A stretch of DNA of 9,196 nt from a virus. Its lineage: Duplodnaviria > Heunggongvirae > Uroviricota > Caudoviricetes. Shown here piece after piece: positions 1-6,679 of the stretch (the stretch's first letter is position 1; every line of letters starts with the position of its first letter). Location of the stretch: IMG/VR virus record IMGVR_UViG_2740892036_000008; one strand, 5' to 3'. The position numbers and the translations under genes were made by a program. The notes under the pieces are model-generated. The model made no database searches, was not told the origin of the DNA, and was given only the letters and a program-made list of their open reading frames with translations.

Positions 1-378
1 CTAACATGCGCCGCTTTTTTTAACCCTTCGCAGATCCCGCCTTGCTTGCATTGAAACGGCTCTCGCTAATCTCAGCTCAAGCCGTGCGATTCTGTCGGCA
101 TGTAGCCCCATGAGTCCGTTAATCAATGTCATCTCGCGCCATTCTTCTGTTCCCGGCGTCGGATTATTCGCCAGTAATAGCCCGTATCTCTCAGCCAGCA
201 TGAGGTTTCTTGCACGATTTCGCACCAGCGGAGAAAGCGCCTCTCCCCCCTCAAATGGGAAGAATGCCCGCCGACTGCGTTCGCCATGTTTGACGGCATT
301 AGTATTGCCCAATGGTGCGCCTGCGCCTTTCCGCTTGCCACCCCATCCCGATCTTGATTGTTGGCTATTTTTTTTCAT
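1..378 (-). CDS. hypothetical basic protein (125 aa); possible DNA-binding or packaging-associated function
   Basis: Complete ORF with ATG at 378-376 and TAG at 3-1, weak SD-like GTGAG about 8 nt upstream. Very basic N-terminus (SRSGWGGKRKGAGAPLGNTNAVKHG) and arginine-rich C-terminus. Same orientation as the rest of the module. Function not recognised with confidence. Confidence 0.55.
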   Translation of the reverse strand: MKKNSQQSRSGWGGKRKGAGAPLGNTNAVKHGERSRRAFFPFEGGEALSPLVRNRARNLMLAERYGLLLANNPTPGTEEWREMTLINGLMGLHADRIARLELRLARAVSMQARRDLRRVKKSGAC

Positions 379-379
379 T

Positions 380-782
380 TAACGGCTCACTGTGCGCATT
401 TTTGTGCGCAAAAACCTTAACAAACCCTAACAATACCTTAATAAAACTGTATATCTAACTTCCGCCATCTACTGCGAACTGATAGCGCCCAAGCCAGAAA
501 TATCAAGCCTCTCCACCATTTTGCGAATGCGCAATTCGCGCTTACAAATTACTGCGAATTCGCAATTTCTGTACGCAATGCCACCGTTAGCATTTGTCAG
601 GTAGTACGCACGTTGAATACGCAGTTTTGCTGCGCACTGCGTACCAGTGGAACGAACCAGATATTTAGGACGTCCTGAATCACGATTTGGCTTCCAGCCC
701 GCTACTGGCGCGGGTCTGGCGCTGCTAGGGTTTTAAATCCGTACTAAACAGTACTAAATTTTCCGCCGTTTGGGTGCGAAAC
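380..782. promoter_or_regulatory. ORF-free intergenic region with repeated TACTGCGAA and TGCGCA-core motifs (candidate operator/promoter for the 125-aa gene and termination zone for the ssb operon)
   Basis: No ORF of 60 aa or more on either strand. TGTGCGCA twice (391-398, 404-411); TACTGCGAA three times (470-478, 550-558, 784-792); perfect 12-bp palindrome TGCGAATTCGCA (553-564); 7-bp inverted repeat GTACGCA/TGCGTAC (604-610 / 638-644); tandem GTACTAAA (741-748, 751-758). Confidence 0.35.
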
Positions 783-1094
783 TTACTGCGAACCATCGCC
801 CCCGCTGGTGGTATGCCGTTGCCTCTTGCCGCCATTTAACCGGAAGGCGTTACCGTTCGGTTGCGCTATCCCCATGCGGTGCTGAGTTTCGGTGACAGCT
901 TTATGCAGGTCGCCAAAGTCCTCAACCTTCACGGGCGGGCGCTTCACGTTCTCCAGACACGTTTCACGGCGGCGCTTTATCCATTCCCGATCATCGTCCT
1001 CGGTGCATAACAGCATGACTTCCATCCATCGCGCGGCGGCGCGTCGGTACAGCCCTTTTGCTTCCAGATCCTCAGCTTTGCTGTCGTTTACCAT
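783..1094 (-). CDS. PerC/Pch-like small transcriptional regulator (tentative)
   Basis: ATG at 1094-1092 preceded by GAGGGGGG 5 nt upstream; the ORF-track GTG at 1100 is less likely. N-terminal AEDLEAKGLYRRAAARW resembles the conserved N-terminal motif of PerC-family regulators as I recall it (not searched). Starts 11 nt after the ssb stop, so probably co-transcribed. Confidence 0.45.
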   Translation of the reverse strand: MVNDSKAEDLEAKGLYRRAAARWMEVMLLCTEDDDREWIKRRRETCLENVKRPPVKVEDFGDLHKAVTETQHRMGIAQPNGNAFRLNGGKRQRHTTSGGDGSQ

Positions 1095-1105
1095 GTTCAC
1101 CCCCC

Positions 1106-1567
1106 TCAGAATGGCGTTTCATCGTCGAATGGTGGGCGCTGGTCAAAATCATCAGGGGTGTTATATAGCTCCCATCCCGGCGCGGATTGCGTTTCGTGGC
1201 CCCTGCTGGCTCCACTTGCTTTGACTGACTCGGCCCGCTTCCCGCCGGGGCGTACCGTTCTGGCGCTGATCACGCTGTCGGCTACTACCTGATACCCCTG
1301 CTGTGTACCGCCATCCTTGCCCGCCCACTGATTGACCTGCATCGCTCCGGCAACACTGACTAAATCGCCTTTAACGTGTCCTGCCAGTGCGTCGGCCTGT
1401 TTGCCGAATGCCACCACGCCCAGCCAGAAAGTAACCTCTCCGCCCTCTGCTGCATGGCAAGGCAGTGCCACCGCTAAACGCCCCATTGTCATGCTGCCGC
1501 CGCTGTTTGTCGTTCTGGTCTGGGGATCTGCCACCAGCCGCCCGTAGGCTGATATCTGTGCTGTCAT
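1106..1567 (-). CDS. ssb: single-stranded DNA-binding protein (SSB)
   Basis: 153 aa; ATG at 1567-1565, TGA at 1108-1106. OB-fold-like N-terminal region (GRLVADPQ...FWLGVVAFGK...), low-complexity Gly/Gln-rich linker, and the diagnostic acidic C-terminal tail DFDQRPPFDDETPF (compare E. coli SSB ...DFDDDIPF). Confidence 0.85.
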   Translation of the reverse strand: MTAQISAYGRLVADPQTRTTNSGGSMTMGRLAVALPCHAAEGGEVTFWLGVVAFGKQADALAGHVKGDLVSVAGAMQVNQWAGKDGGTQQGYQVVADSVISARTVRPGGKRAESVKASGASRGHETQSAPGWELYNTPDDFDQRPPFDDETPF

Positions 1568-1667
1568 TTTGCGAATACCTCGAATTATTAGTTTTGCTAA
1601 TGAAGATTGCCCGGCACCGTCTTATTGTGGGACACCTTCGCCAGATTTTTTTGTATATAAACAAAAA

Positions 1668-1933
1668 TAGTGTTGTCTCTGTTGTCTTTGTTGTCTCACG
1701 GCTCTACAGGCCGCGCCACGTCTGGGTTTTGCTGAGACAACATTTGCAATTTCGTGTTGTCTCACCCGGCATAAATGTTGTCTCACTGCCTGCCGGACTA
1801 AAAACACACGTTCGCCCTGTTGTCTCAAAATGGCTAAATGTTGTCTCAATGTTGTCTCAAAAATTAAAATAAAATCCTTATAAATCAATGTAACTTACAA
1901 AATGAGACAACAAAGACAACAGAGACAACACTA
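1668..1933. repeat. iteron cluster: 12 copies of 9-mer TGTTGTCTC bounded by a 31-bp perfect inverted repeat, with AT-rich stretch; candidate replication origin / crr-like site
   Basis: Direct copies at 1671-1679, 1680-1688 (TGTTGTCTT), 1689-1697, 1755-1763, 1776-1784, 1818-1826, 1839-1847, 1850-1858; inverted copies at 1734-1742, 1904-1912, 1913-1921, 1922-1930. 1668-1698 is the exact reverse complement of 1903-1933. Internal direct copies are spaced 21, 42, 21 and 11 bp. 1859-1903 is about 87% A+T. Lies immediately 3' of the primase-helicase gene. Confidence 0.7.
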
Positions 1934-1955
1934 AAACTACGTATGTGAAAAAAGA

Positions 1956-4715
1956 TTATTCTTCTGGCTGGCTGCTTTCCTCATCCATGAAGTTGAGCAC
2001 ATAAACGCGAATTTGCCGCCCTCCTTCCCTTACCCGCCCCTGATAACCTCGCCCGCTCGTTGGTGGTGTTAGCATTCCTGCATTCTTGAGAACTTCGGCA
2101 AACTGCCTGACATTAAAACCCCGTGCGATCTCCTGCTCAAATGTTGCCGGGAAGGTGTAGAAAATTATCGGGTCGCCGTCGTGGTTCCCCTTCTTCCTGT
2201 ACCCGGCTAAATCACGGATGGGTAAATCGCGCGGGTCATAACCCAGCGGCGCGAATCTACTCAGCCCATAGGCATTTAAAAACGCCTCCGTCTGCTCGAT
2301 GATCTGCTGGTGCTCTTTGTTCCCCGTGCCGAACTCTTTCAGCCATGCGTTATAGGTGTGCTGTATCGCATCCCGGCACGTTTGAGCATCCCAGCCAGTA
2401 ACCACGCCACCCAGCAGTAAAGCGGCCTCCAGAATGGCGAACCTCGCCCCTACACGGTGAACCTGTTCCCCATAGTCAGCAGGGATTAGACTTCGCCATC
2501 GGGCTTCACACTCACGAACGGCATCAATCGCCTGCTGCTGGTGGTCTGAAAGCCATCTAATCCACTCCCGCCCGGCAGCGCCATGATGGTGCTGGTAAGC
2601 GTCTTTCAGCGCGTCGGCGTGATCTTTCCCTGTCTGGTGCTCATGAAAGCGCACCGCCTTACTCAGCGGGATATTCAGCAGTCGCACCAGTTGCCCCGCT
2701 TTTGTCTTGCGTCCTGCGGTGGCGATGAACGTTTCTAAATCCATTTCCCCGGTGCTGATTGCCACGGTGCGCCAGCGTTTCAGATCCCGGTTGCCTCCTT
2801 CCTTTGCTCCCTGCAATTTCCCCACGCCGTTAAACAGGGCATAGGCAGACTGAGAAACGCTTATCGGGTCTGCGCCCTGTCCGACTTCATCCAGCGGCAT
2901 CAGCCCGTCATTGTGGGCGGCGGCCTCGTTTATCAGCCCCAGCGCCGTCCCATACCACGTCAGGCGCAAGGCATCAGGGTTGCCGTAAAGACTGCTCGCC
3001 ACGTTCTGCGTGGTTGTTTTCCCGGCGCTCGATTGCTCATAAAAATGAATCCCGAATCCGTCACGATCTGCCACCCCGATTAATGGCGCTGCCAGTGCTG
3101 CGGCGATGCCTGTCATCATCGCGTAGTTGCCGTATGCCAGCCGCGCAACACTGTTAAGCCAGCTTTCAGGCGTTCCTGCTACGGTATACCCGGCAGCGGC
3201 TGAACTGCGCCCGCTGAACAAAACAGGCCGCTGAGGTGTGCCGATGATTTCCCCGTCCGGCATGATGTATGCCCCACACTGCCAGCCTGTAGCATGAGCA
3301 ACGCGCCACAATTCACGCGAGCCGCTTCGCTGTAACCAGTCGGCAAGAATCGCCCGTAGGCTGTTTTTCGTTGTGACGTTGACGCCACCAGCTTTCAGGG
3401 TGCGCCAGCCTTCACGCTCGCCAATATCAGCCAGCGGGATAGCCGCTGTTGTCCGTATGCCTGCACCGAATGCCAGCCATGAGATAATAAGATACTGATC
3501 TTTGTCGTCGCGTCCCGTGCCGATAACCTCCAACGGTGAACATAACCAGCTTTCAGCGTTGATGATCTCCCCGCTTTCCTTGTCCACCTTCGGCGTTACC
3601 CAGAAAACGCCATCTTTTCGGCTCTCAATGTGGGGTTTTAGTGGGTCTTTCTCTGGATGGTCAGTTTTACCGCCCTCAATGGCCTGCAATCGTGGTTTAA
3701 CGGCTTCCCCTTGAATCTGGTACATCGAGTCGTTAAACGCAGCCGTAGCGACTTCCAGCCCGTTTTGCTGGTGGTGGTCGTTCCAGTCGGCTTTGTAGTC
3801 TGTCGGCGGCAGTGCCACCCATCCAGCCACGGACAAGGCGGCTTTCTCTGCGGCCTCCCTGCCTGTATTGGCTTCTCCGTTTTGGTGGTGGTCGTTGTCT
3901 GCGGCGATGATTATTTGTGCCTGTGGATACTTCCGGCGCATCACTTCGGCAACGGGTAGCAGGTTGCCCGCGTCAATTGCTGCCACTGCCAGCGCGTCCG
4001 GGCGCATCAGGTGAACTGAAAGGGCCGTCGCCAGCCCCTCGGCAATTAAAACGCTCTGCGGCGATTCTGGCGCGTTTACGGCGTGATATGCCCCGCGCTT
4101 TGCCGAACCCGTCAGAAGTCGCTTTTCTCCATGCGGTGTAATGGTCTGCGCTGCTGCCACTGCGCCGGATTCATCCACCAGCTCCAGCAATAACGAACCA
4201 TCTGGCATTAGCGGGTAATTAAACCCGGTCAGCCCTTTTGATTGCAGGTACTCAGCTTCGCCCTGTATGGCTCTCTGGCGCATTCCGGCATACAGACGGG
4301 AAAACGTAGCCCGGCGCTGCTCTGCGTCCTCTGCGGCCTTTTTCTGTCGCTCCTGCTCATGCCGCTGGCGGTCTGCGGCTAACTGCGTCTGTCTCTGGCT
4401 GGCAGCGTCTGGTGCTGGTTCTGCGGCCCGGTAATCAATACCCAGCACATCAGCGGCAAGGTGCGCCGCCTCCGTGGTGTCGCAGTTGTTAACCCGTTTG
4501 ATTAAATCCAGCCCATCGCCCGCGCCGCACTGATTGCAGATAAAGCTACCTCGCCCGTTGTCGTCGAATCTGAAACGGTCTTTCCCACCACATGCAGGGC
4601 AGGGGGCATGACGGCGCGATGAATCAGGAACGTCGATAGACAGGCCAGCCAGCACATAAGGCCATTTACCAGCGGCGGCGCTGGTCACTTCGCGGATAAT
4701 GTCGATATTACGCAT
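1956..4715 (-). CDS. primase-helicase, P4 alpha-like (zinc-ribbon primase + Toprim + P-loop helicase)
   Basis: 919 aa; ATG at 4715-4713 preceded by AGGGAGG 8 nt upstream; TAA at 1958-1956. N-terminal zinc ribbon CPACGGKDRFRFDDNGRGSFICNQCGAGDG; Toprim-like acidic motif IIIAADNDHHQNGEANTGREAAEKAA; Walker A EQSSAGKTT in the C-terminal half. Confidence 0.9.
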   Translation of the reverse strand: MRNIDIIREVTSAAAGKWPYVLAGLSIDVPDSSRRHAPCPACGGKDRFRFDDNGRGSFICNQCGAGDGLDLIKRVNNCDTTEAAHLAADVLGIDYRAAEPAPDAASQRQTQLAADRQRHEQERQKKAAEDAEQRRATFSRLYAGMRQRAIQGEAEYLQSKGLTGFNYPLMPDGSLLLELVDESGAVAAAQTITPHGEKRLLTGSAKRGAYHAVNAPESPQSVLIAEGLATALSVHLMRPDALAVAAIDAGNLLPVAEVMRRKYPQAQIIIAADNDHHQNGEANTGREAAEKAALSVAGWVALPPTDYKADWNDHHQQNGLEVATAAFNDSMYQIQGEAVKPRLQAIEGGKTDHPEKDPLKPHIESRKDGVFWVTPKVDKESGEIINAESWLCSPLEVIGTGRDDKDQYLIISWLAFGAGIRTTAAIPLADIGEREGWRTLKAGGVNVTTKNSLRAILADWLQRSGSRELWRVAHATGWQCGAYIMPDGEIIGTPQRPVLFSGRSSAAAGYTVAGTPESWLNSVARLAYGNYAMMTGIAAALAAPLIGVADRDGFGIHFYEQSSAGKTTTQNVASSLYGNPDALRLTWYGTALGLINEAAAHNDGLMPLDEVGQGADPISVSQSAYALFNGVGKLQGAKEGGNRDLKRWRTVAISTGEMDLETFIATAGRKTKAGQLVRLLNIPLSKAVRFHEHQTGKDHADALKDAYQHHHGAAGREWIRWLSDHQQQAIDAVRECEARWRSLIPADYGEQVHRVGARFAILEAALLLGGVVTGWDAQTCRDAIQHTYNAWLKEFGTGNKEHQQIIEQTEAFLNAYGLSRFAPLGYDPRDLPIRDLAGYRKKGNHDGDPIIFYTFPATFEQEIARGFNVRQFAEVLKNAGMLTPPTSGRGYQGRVREGGRQIRVYVLNFMDEESSQPEE

Positions 4716-4729
4716 TCGTATTACCTCCC

Positions 4730-5356
4730 TCAGTGCGCCGCTGGCATTTCAGGCAAGCCGTTTTCATTCAGATCAGCAATGAATCCATCATGCAGCTCTG
4801 CCAGCGTTTCACGTCCGAACGGGGTCAGCTCGCCGCGCTCCGTGTCGATCATGGCCTGATAAAAAACAATGGCGTTCGCCGTTCCCTGCTCAATGCCGTA
4901 GCGCTCAATCATTGCGCCCTCGATGTTATTCGCCATCGCCAGACGTTCCGCGAACGGGTAAACCACAATCCCCGCCGTGCCATTGGAGTAAATCGCTACT
5001 TTTGACGTTGTGCCGTCAGCCTCCGTGACGGTGGTTGTGCCGTTTTCGCGCTTCATCTCAGAAATGAACGTGGTAGCAATCAGCCAGCGCCACATAGTGA
5101 CGTTATGCTGCGCGGTAAAGTCGAACCAGCCACGCGCCCCGCCATCAGCAACGGCAAAATGTATGGCGTATCCGATATTTGGCGTATCGTCGTACTCTCC
5201 GGCATCAAGGCGGTTTACCGCGCTCTCGTAGCTGATAAGAGCAACCTGCTCATATCCCCCGGCATCATTGCGGGTCATGATATTGACGCCGTGCGGTGTG
5301 GCTTCGGCGTGTAATAAGTCGGCATTTCCCGATTTAATGGTCGGTGCGTTGCTCAT
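4730..5356 (-). CDS. hypothetical protein (208 aa)
   Basis: ATG at 5356-5354 with GGAGGG 6 nt upstream; start overlaps the stop of the upstream 87-aa ORF (ATGA); TGA at 4732-4730 sits inside the primase SD region. No family recognised. Confidence 0.6.
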   Translation of the reverse strand: MSNAPTIKSGNADLLHAEATPHGVNIMTRNDAGGYEQVALISYESAVNRLDAGEYDDTPNIGYAIHFAVADGGARGWFDFTAQHNVTMWRWLIATTFISEMKRENGTTTVTEADGTTSKVAIYSNGTAGIVVYPFAERLAMANNIEGAMIERYGIEQGTANAIVFYQAMIDTERGELTPFGRETLAELHDGFIADLNENGLPEMPAAH

Positions 5357-5616
5357 GCGCTGCCCTCCGCATCAATTCTGGCTATATCGACAATCGTCAG
5401 GACTTTACTCAGCCAGCAATACGCGATGGCTGCTTGCTCAACTTCGAGGAGTGGTAATAAATCGGTCATAACGTGAGCCAGCCCATTGCGGGCGCGGGTC
5501 ATGCGTTCTGCTGTTCGGTCTGCCAGCGTAAAATCATCCGGGTATGATTCTTTGCGAGATAGCATCGCTTCGGCTTCCAGCTCTGCCGGGTGGCGGTAGA
5601 TGGTATTTATGTTCAT
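5353..5616 (-). CDS. hypothetical protein (87 aa)
   Basis: ATG at 5616-5614 with GAGGTGG upstream; ATGA start/stop overlaps with both neighbours. No family recognised. Confidence 0.55.
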   Translation of the reverse strand: MNINTIYRHPAELEAEAMLSRKESYPDDFTLADRTAERMTRARNGLAHVMTDLLPLLEVEQAAIAYCWLSKVLTIVDIARIDAEGSA

Positions 5617-5792
5617 GCTGCCACCTCACGAATGCGGGTAATCTGGATGTGGGAAAGGCGTTCATTTCTGGCCTGATTTAGCGCCTCAGCTTTGGCGCTG
5701 ATCGCGCTGCGGGCGTCAACGATATAAACGAACTCGACTAATTCGCCGCTCCGGGCGGTGGCGCATCCTGCAACACGGAAGTAATTAAGCAT
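5613..5792 (-). CDS. hypothetical small protein (59 aa from ATG; 69 aa if the TTG at 5822 is used)
   Basis: ATG at 5792-5790 preceded by AGGGGG 5 nt upstream; overlaps the Icd-like stop by 8 nt. The ORF-track start at 5822 is TTG and lies inside the Icd-like CDS, so the ATG is preferred. Confidence 0.45.
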   Translation of the reverse strand: MLNYFRVAGCATARSGELVEFVYIVDARSAISAKAEALNQARNERLSHIQITRIREVAA

Positions 5793-5976
5793 GTGCGCCC
5801 CCTGTGCGAATACGTCCGGCAAAAAAGCAAACGTGATCCCGCGCCAGAATGCGGCGGGCTTCCTGCTCAGTTTCTGCGGCGATATGGTGAATTTTGGCGG
5901 TAATTGTCGGCATGTCGCGGCGAACGGCTGCGATTAACCAGATAAATTGTGGATTTTGGGTAGGGGTAGTAGCCAT
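5785..5976 (-). CDS. Icd-like host cell-division inhibitor family small protein (63 aa)
   Basis: ATG at 5976-5974 with GAGG 8 nt upstream; TAA at 5787-5785. Sequence MATTPTQNPQFIWLIAAVRRD...FAGRIRTGGAHA resembles the short Icd-like proteins found ahead of primase genes in P4-like elements (from memory). Only the C-terminal 63 codons of the 257-aa ORF in the track are taken as coding. Confidence 0.6.
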   Translation of the reverse strand: MATTPTQNPQFIWLIAAVRRDMPTITAKIHHIAAETEQEARRILARDHVCFFAGRIRTGGAHA

Positions 5977-6496
5977 GATGGCAGCCTCTATACAGTGAAT
6001 TTTGAATTCACCACCAAGAGACGCCAATCTCAGACTGGTGGTGAGCTGAACAAGGTTGGCGTAACCGGCCTGTATAGACACCGGCCTTCCTTTCGGAAGC
6101 CTCATCCAGCCCACCATAATTTGGGTGCGCAGGAATTTTGCCGACAAAAAAACACGCTTAGTGCGTGTCGGCACTATACAGGTTATCGGGACGCCAATCC
6201 CGGCACCTGATTTTGCAGGTGCGCTATAACCATAAACCGGGTTGGCGATAGTCGGCAAGCCCTTTTTTATGGACTCGCAAAACTCACCTTCGCGCGTGCG
6301 CGTACTGGTCGCAAAACTCGAAAAAAACTTAGGATTTATTAGGATTCGCAGCCCAATTCTCAGCCCAGAAAACGCCTCTAAAATGTCGTCATTTGTCGCA
6401 ACGGCGCGGCGATGAATGTCAGGTTTTGACAGGTTGTAAGGGTTAACATTTGTTAACAGGCTAGCCAGATTAAAGGCTTCTTTCTGGGCGGCAGGT
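5977..6496 (-). ncRNA. candidate structured leader / immunity-type antisense RNA region (C4/CI-like, boundaries unknown)
   Basis: 520 bp with no convincing ORF start on the transcribed strand. 9-bp perfect inverted repeat TCACCACCA/TGGTGGTGA (6008-6016 / 6036-6044, 19-nt loop); minus-strand hairpin CUUCC-GAAA-GGAAG (6086-6099); terminator-like hairpin at 6140-6172; tandem TTAGGATT (6329-6336, 6339-6346); paired GTTAAC palindromes (6442-6447, 6452-6457). Position ahead of an icd-like gene matches P1 immI (c4-icd-ant) and the P4 CI RNA leader. Confidence 0.3.
6140..6172 (-). terminator. intrinsic-terminator-like hairpin with U-tract inside the leader
   Basis: On the minus strand: stem ACACGC/GCGUGU (6163-6168 pairs with 6152-6157), 5-nt loop, followed by six U (forward A-run 6146-6151); flanked by a further inverted repeat GCCGAC/GTCGGC (6140-6145 / 6167-6172). 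About 170 nt upstream of the Icd-like start. Confidence 0.4.
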
Positions 6497-6679
6497 TCAT
6501 TCAGTATCACGGCGCACCTCCACGAACTCCTTAACGAATCTCTCCAAAGGCTGAACACATGGCGACTGATAGCCCTCGCGGTAAAAGGTCACTCGGTTAT
6601 GCTCGACGCGCTGTACGGTCACTACAGCCCCGTGCGAATCCTTGTAACGGCTTCCCGGCATCGGATTATGGTTACGCAT
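6497..6679 (-). CDS. small protein (60 aa), DUF4222-like (tentative)
   Basis: ATG at 6679-6677 with GGAGG 6 nt upstream; overlaps the antirepressor stop by 8 nt; TGA at 6499-6497. Pattern YKDSHGAVVTVQRVEHNRVTFYREGY resembles small prophage DUF4222 proteins as I recall them (not searched). Confidence 0.5.
   Translation of the reverse strand: MRNHNPMPGSRYKDSHGAVVTVQRVEHNRVTFYREGYQSPCVQPLERFVKEFVEVRRDTE

Noticed and set aside
380-782. Possible tRNA, tmRNA or attachment site in the ORF-free gap
   Set aside because: I found no T-arm GGTTCGA-type motif or acceptor/anticodon stem arrangement on either strand, and an att site cannot be identified without the other junction. The region is left as regulatory or unknown.
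110-1547. ORFs 110..382 (+), 129..341 (-), 892..1224 (+), 1332..1547 (+)
   Set aside because: Each overlaps a better-supported minus-strand gene (125-aa protein, PerC-like, ssb) in antisense or alternative frame, and the translations are Ser/Arg/Pro-rich in the way typical of spurious frames.
1371-1888. ORFs 1371..1664 (-), 1465..1872 (+) and 1622..1888 (-) overlapping ssb and the iteron region
   Set aside because: They overlap the well-supported ssb gene or run through the repeat array, where the periodic 9-mer gives stop-free frames by chance. No SD, and the translations are low-complexity.
1671-1930. Short repeat array as a possible CRISPR array
   Set aside because: The repeat unit is only 9 bp, spacing is irregular (0 to 42 bp), copies occur in both orientations and no cas genes are present. 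Iteron/origin architecture fits far better.
3179-4141. ORFs inside the primase-helicase gene: 3179..3388 (-), 3502..3714 (+), 3657..3959 (+), 3917..4141 (+)
   Set aside because: They sit entirely within the 919-aa primase CDS, on the opposite strand or in an alternative frame. That CDS has clear domain motifs, so the nested ORFs are treated as chance frames of GC-rich sequence.
4733-5471. Plus-strand ORFs 4733..5005, 5010..5231, 5105..5314, 5268..5471
   Set aside because: They are antisense to the coupled small-gene cluster, which has strong SD sequences and start/stop overlaps. No RBS-like sequences were seen for the plus-strand frames.
6426-6431. Consensus TTGACA hexamer on the plus strand as a promoter -35
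   Set aside because: There is no acceptable -10 hexamer 16-18 bp downstream on the plus strand and no plus-strand gene to drive. It may be chance or part of a minus-strand operator next to the GTTAAC pair.
5785-6558. 257-aa minus-strand ORF spanning the whole leader, in frame with the Icd-like gene
   Set aside because: Its GTG start lies inside the DUF4222-like gene and it runs through hairpin- and terminator-rich sequence with no ribosome-binding site. Only the last 63 codons, with their own ATG and SD, look like a gene. The long open frame could still mean an N-terminally extended Icd-like protein, which I cannot exclude without expression data.
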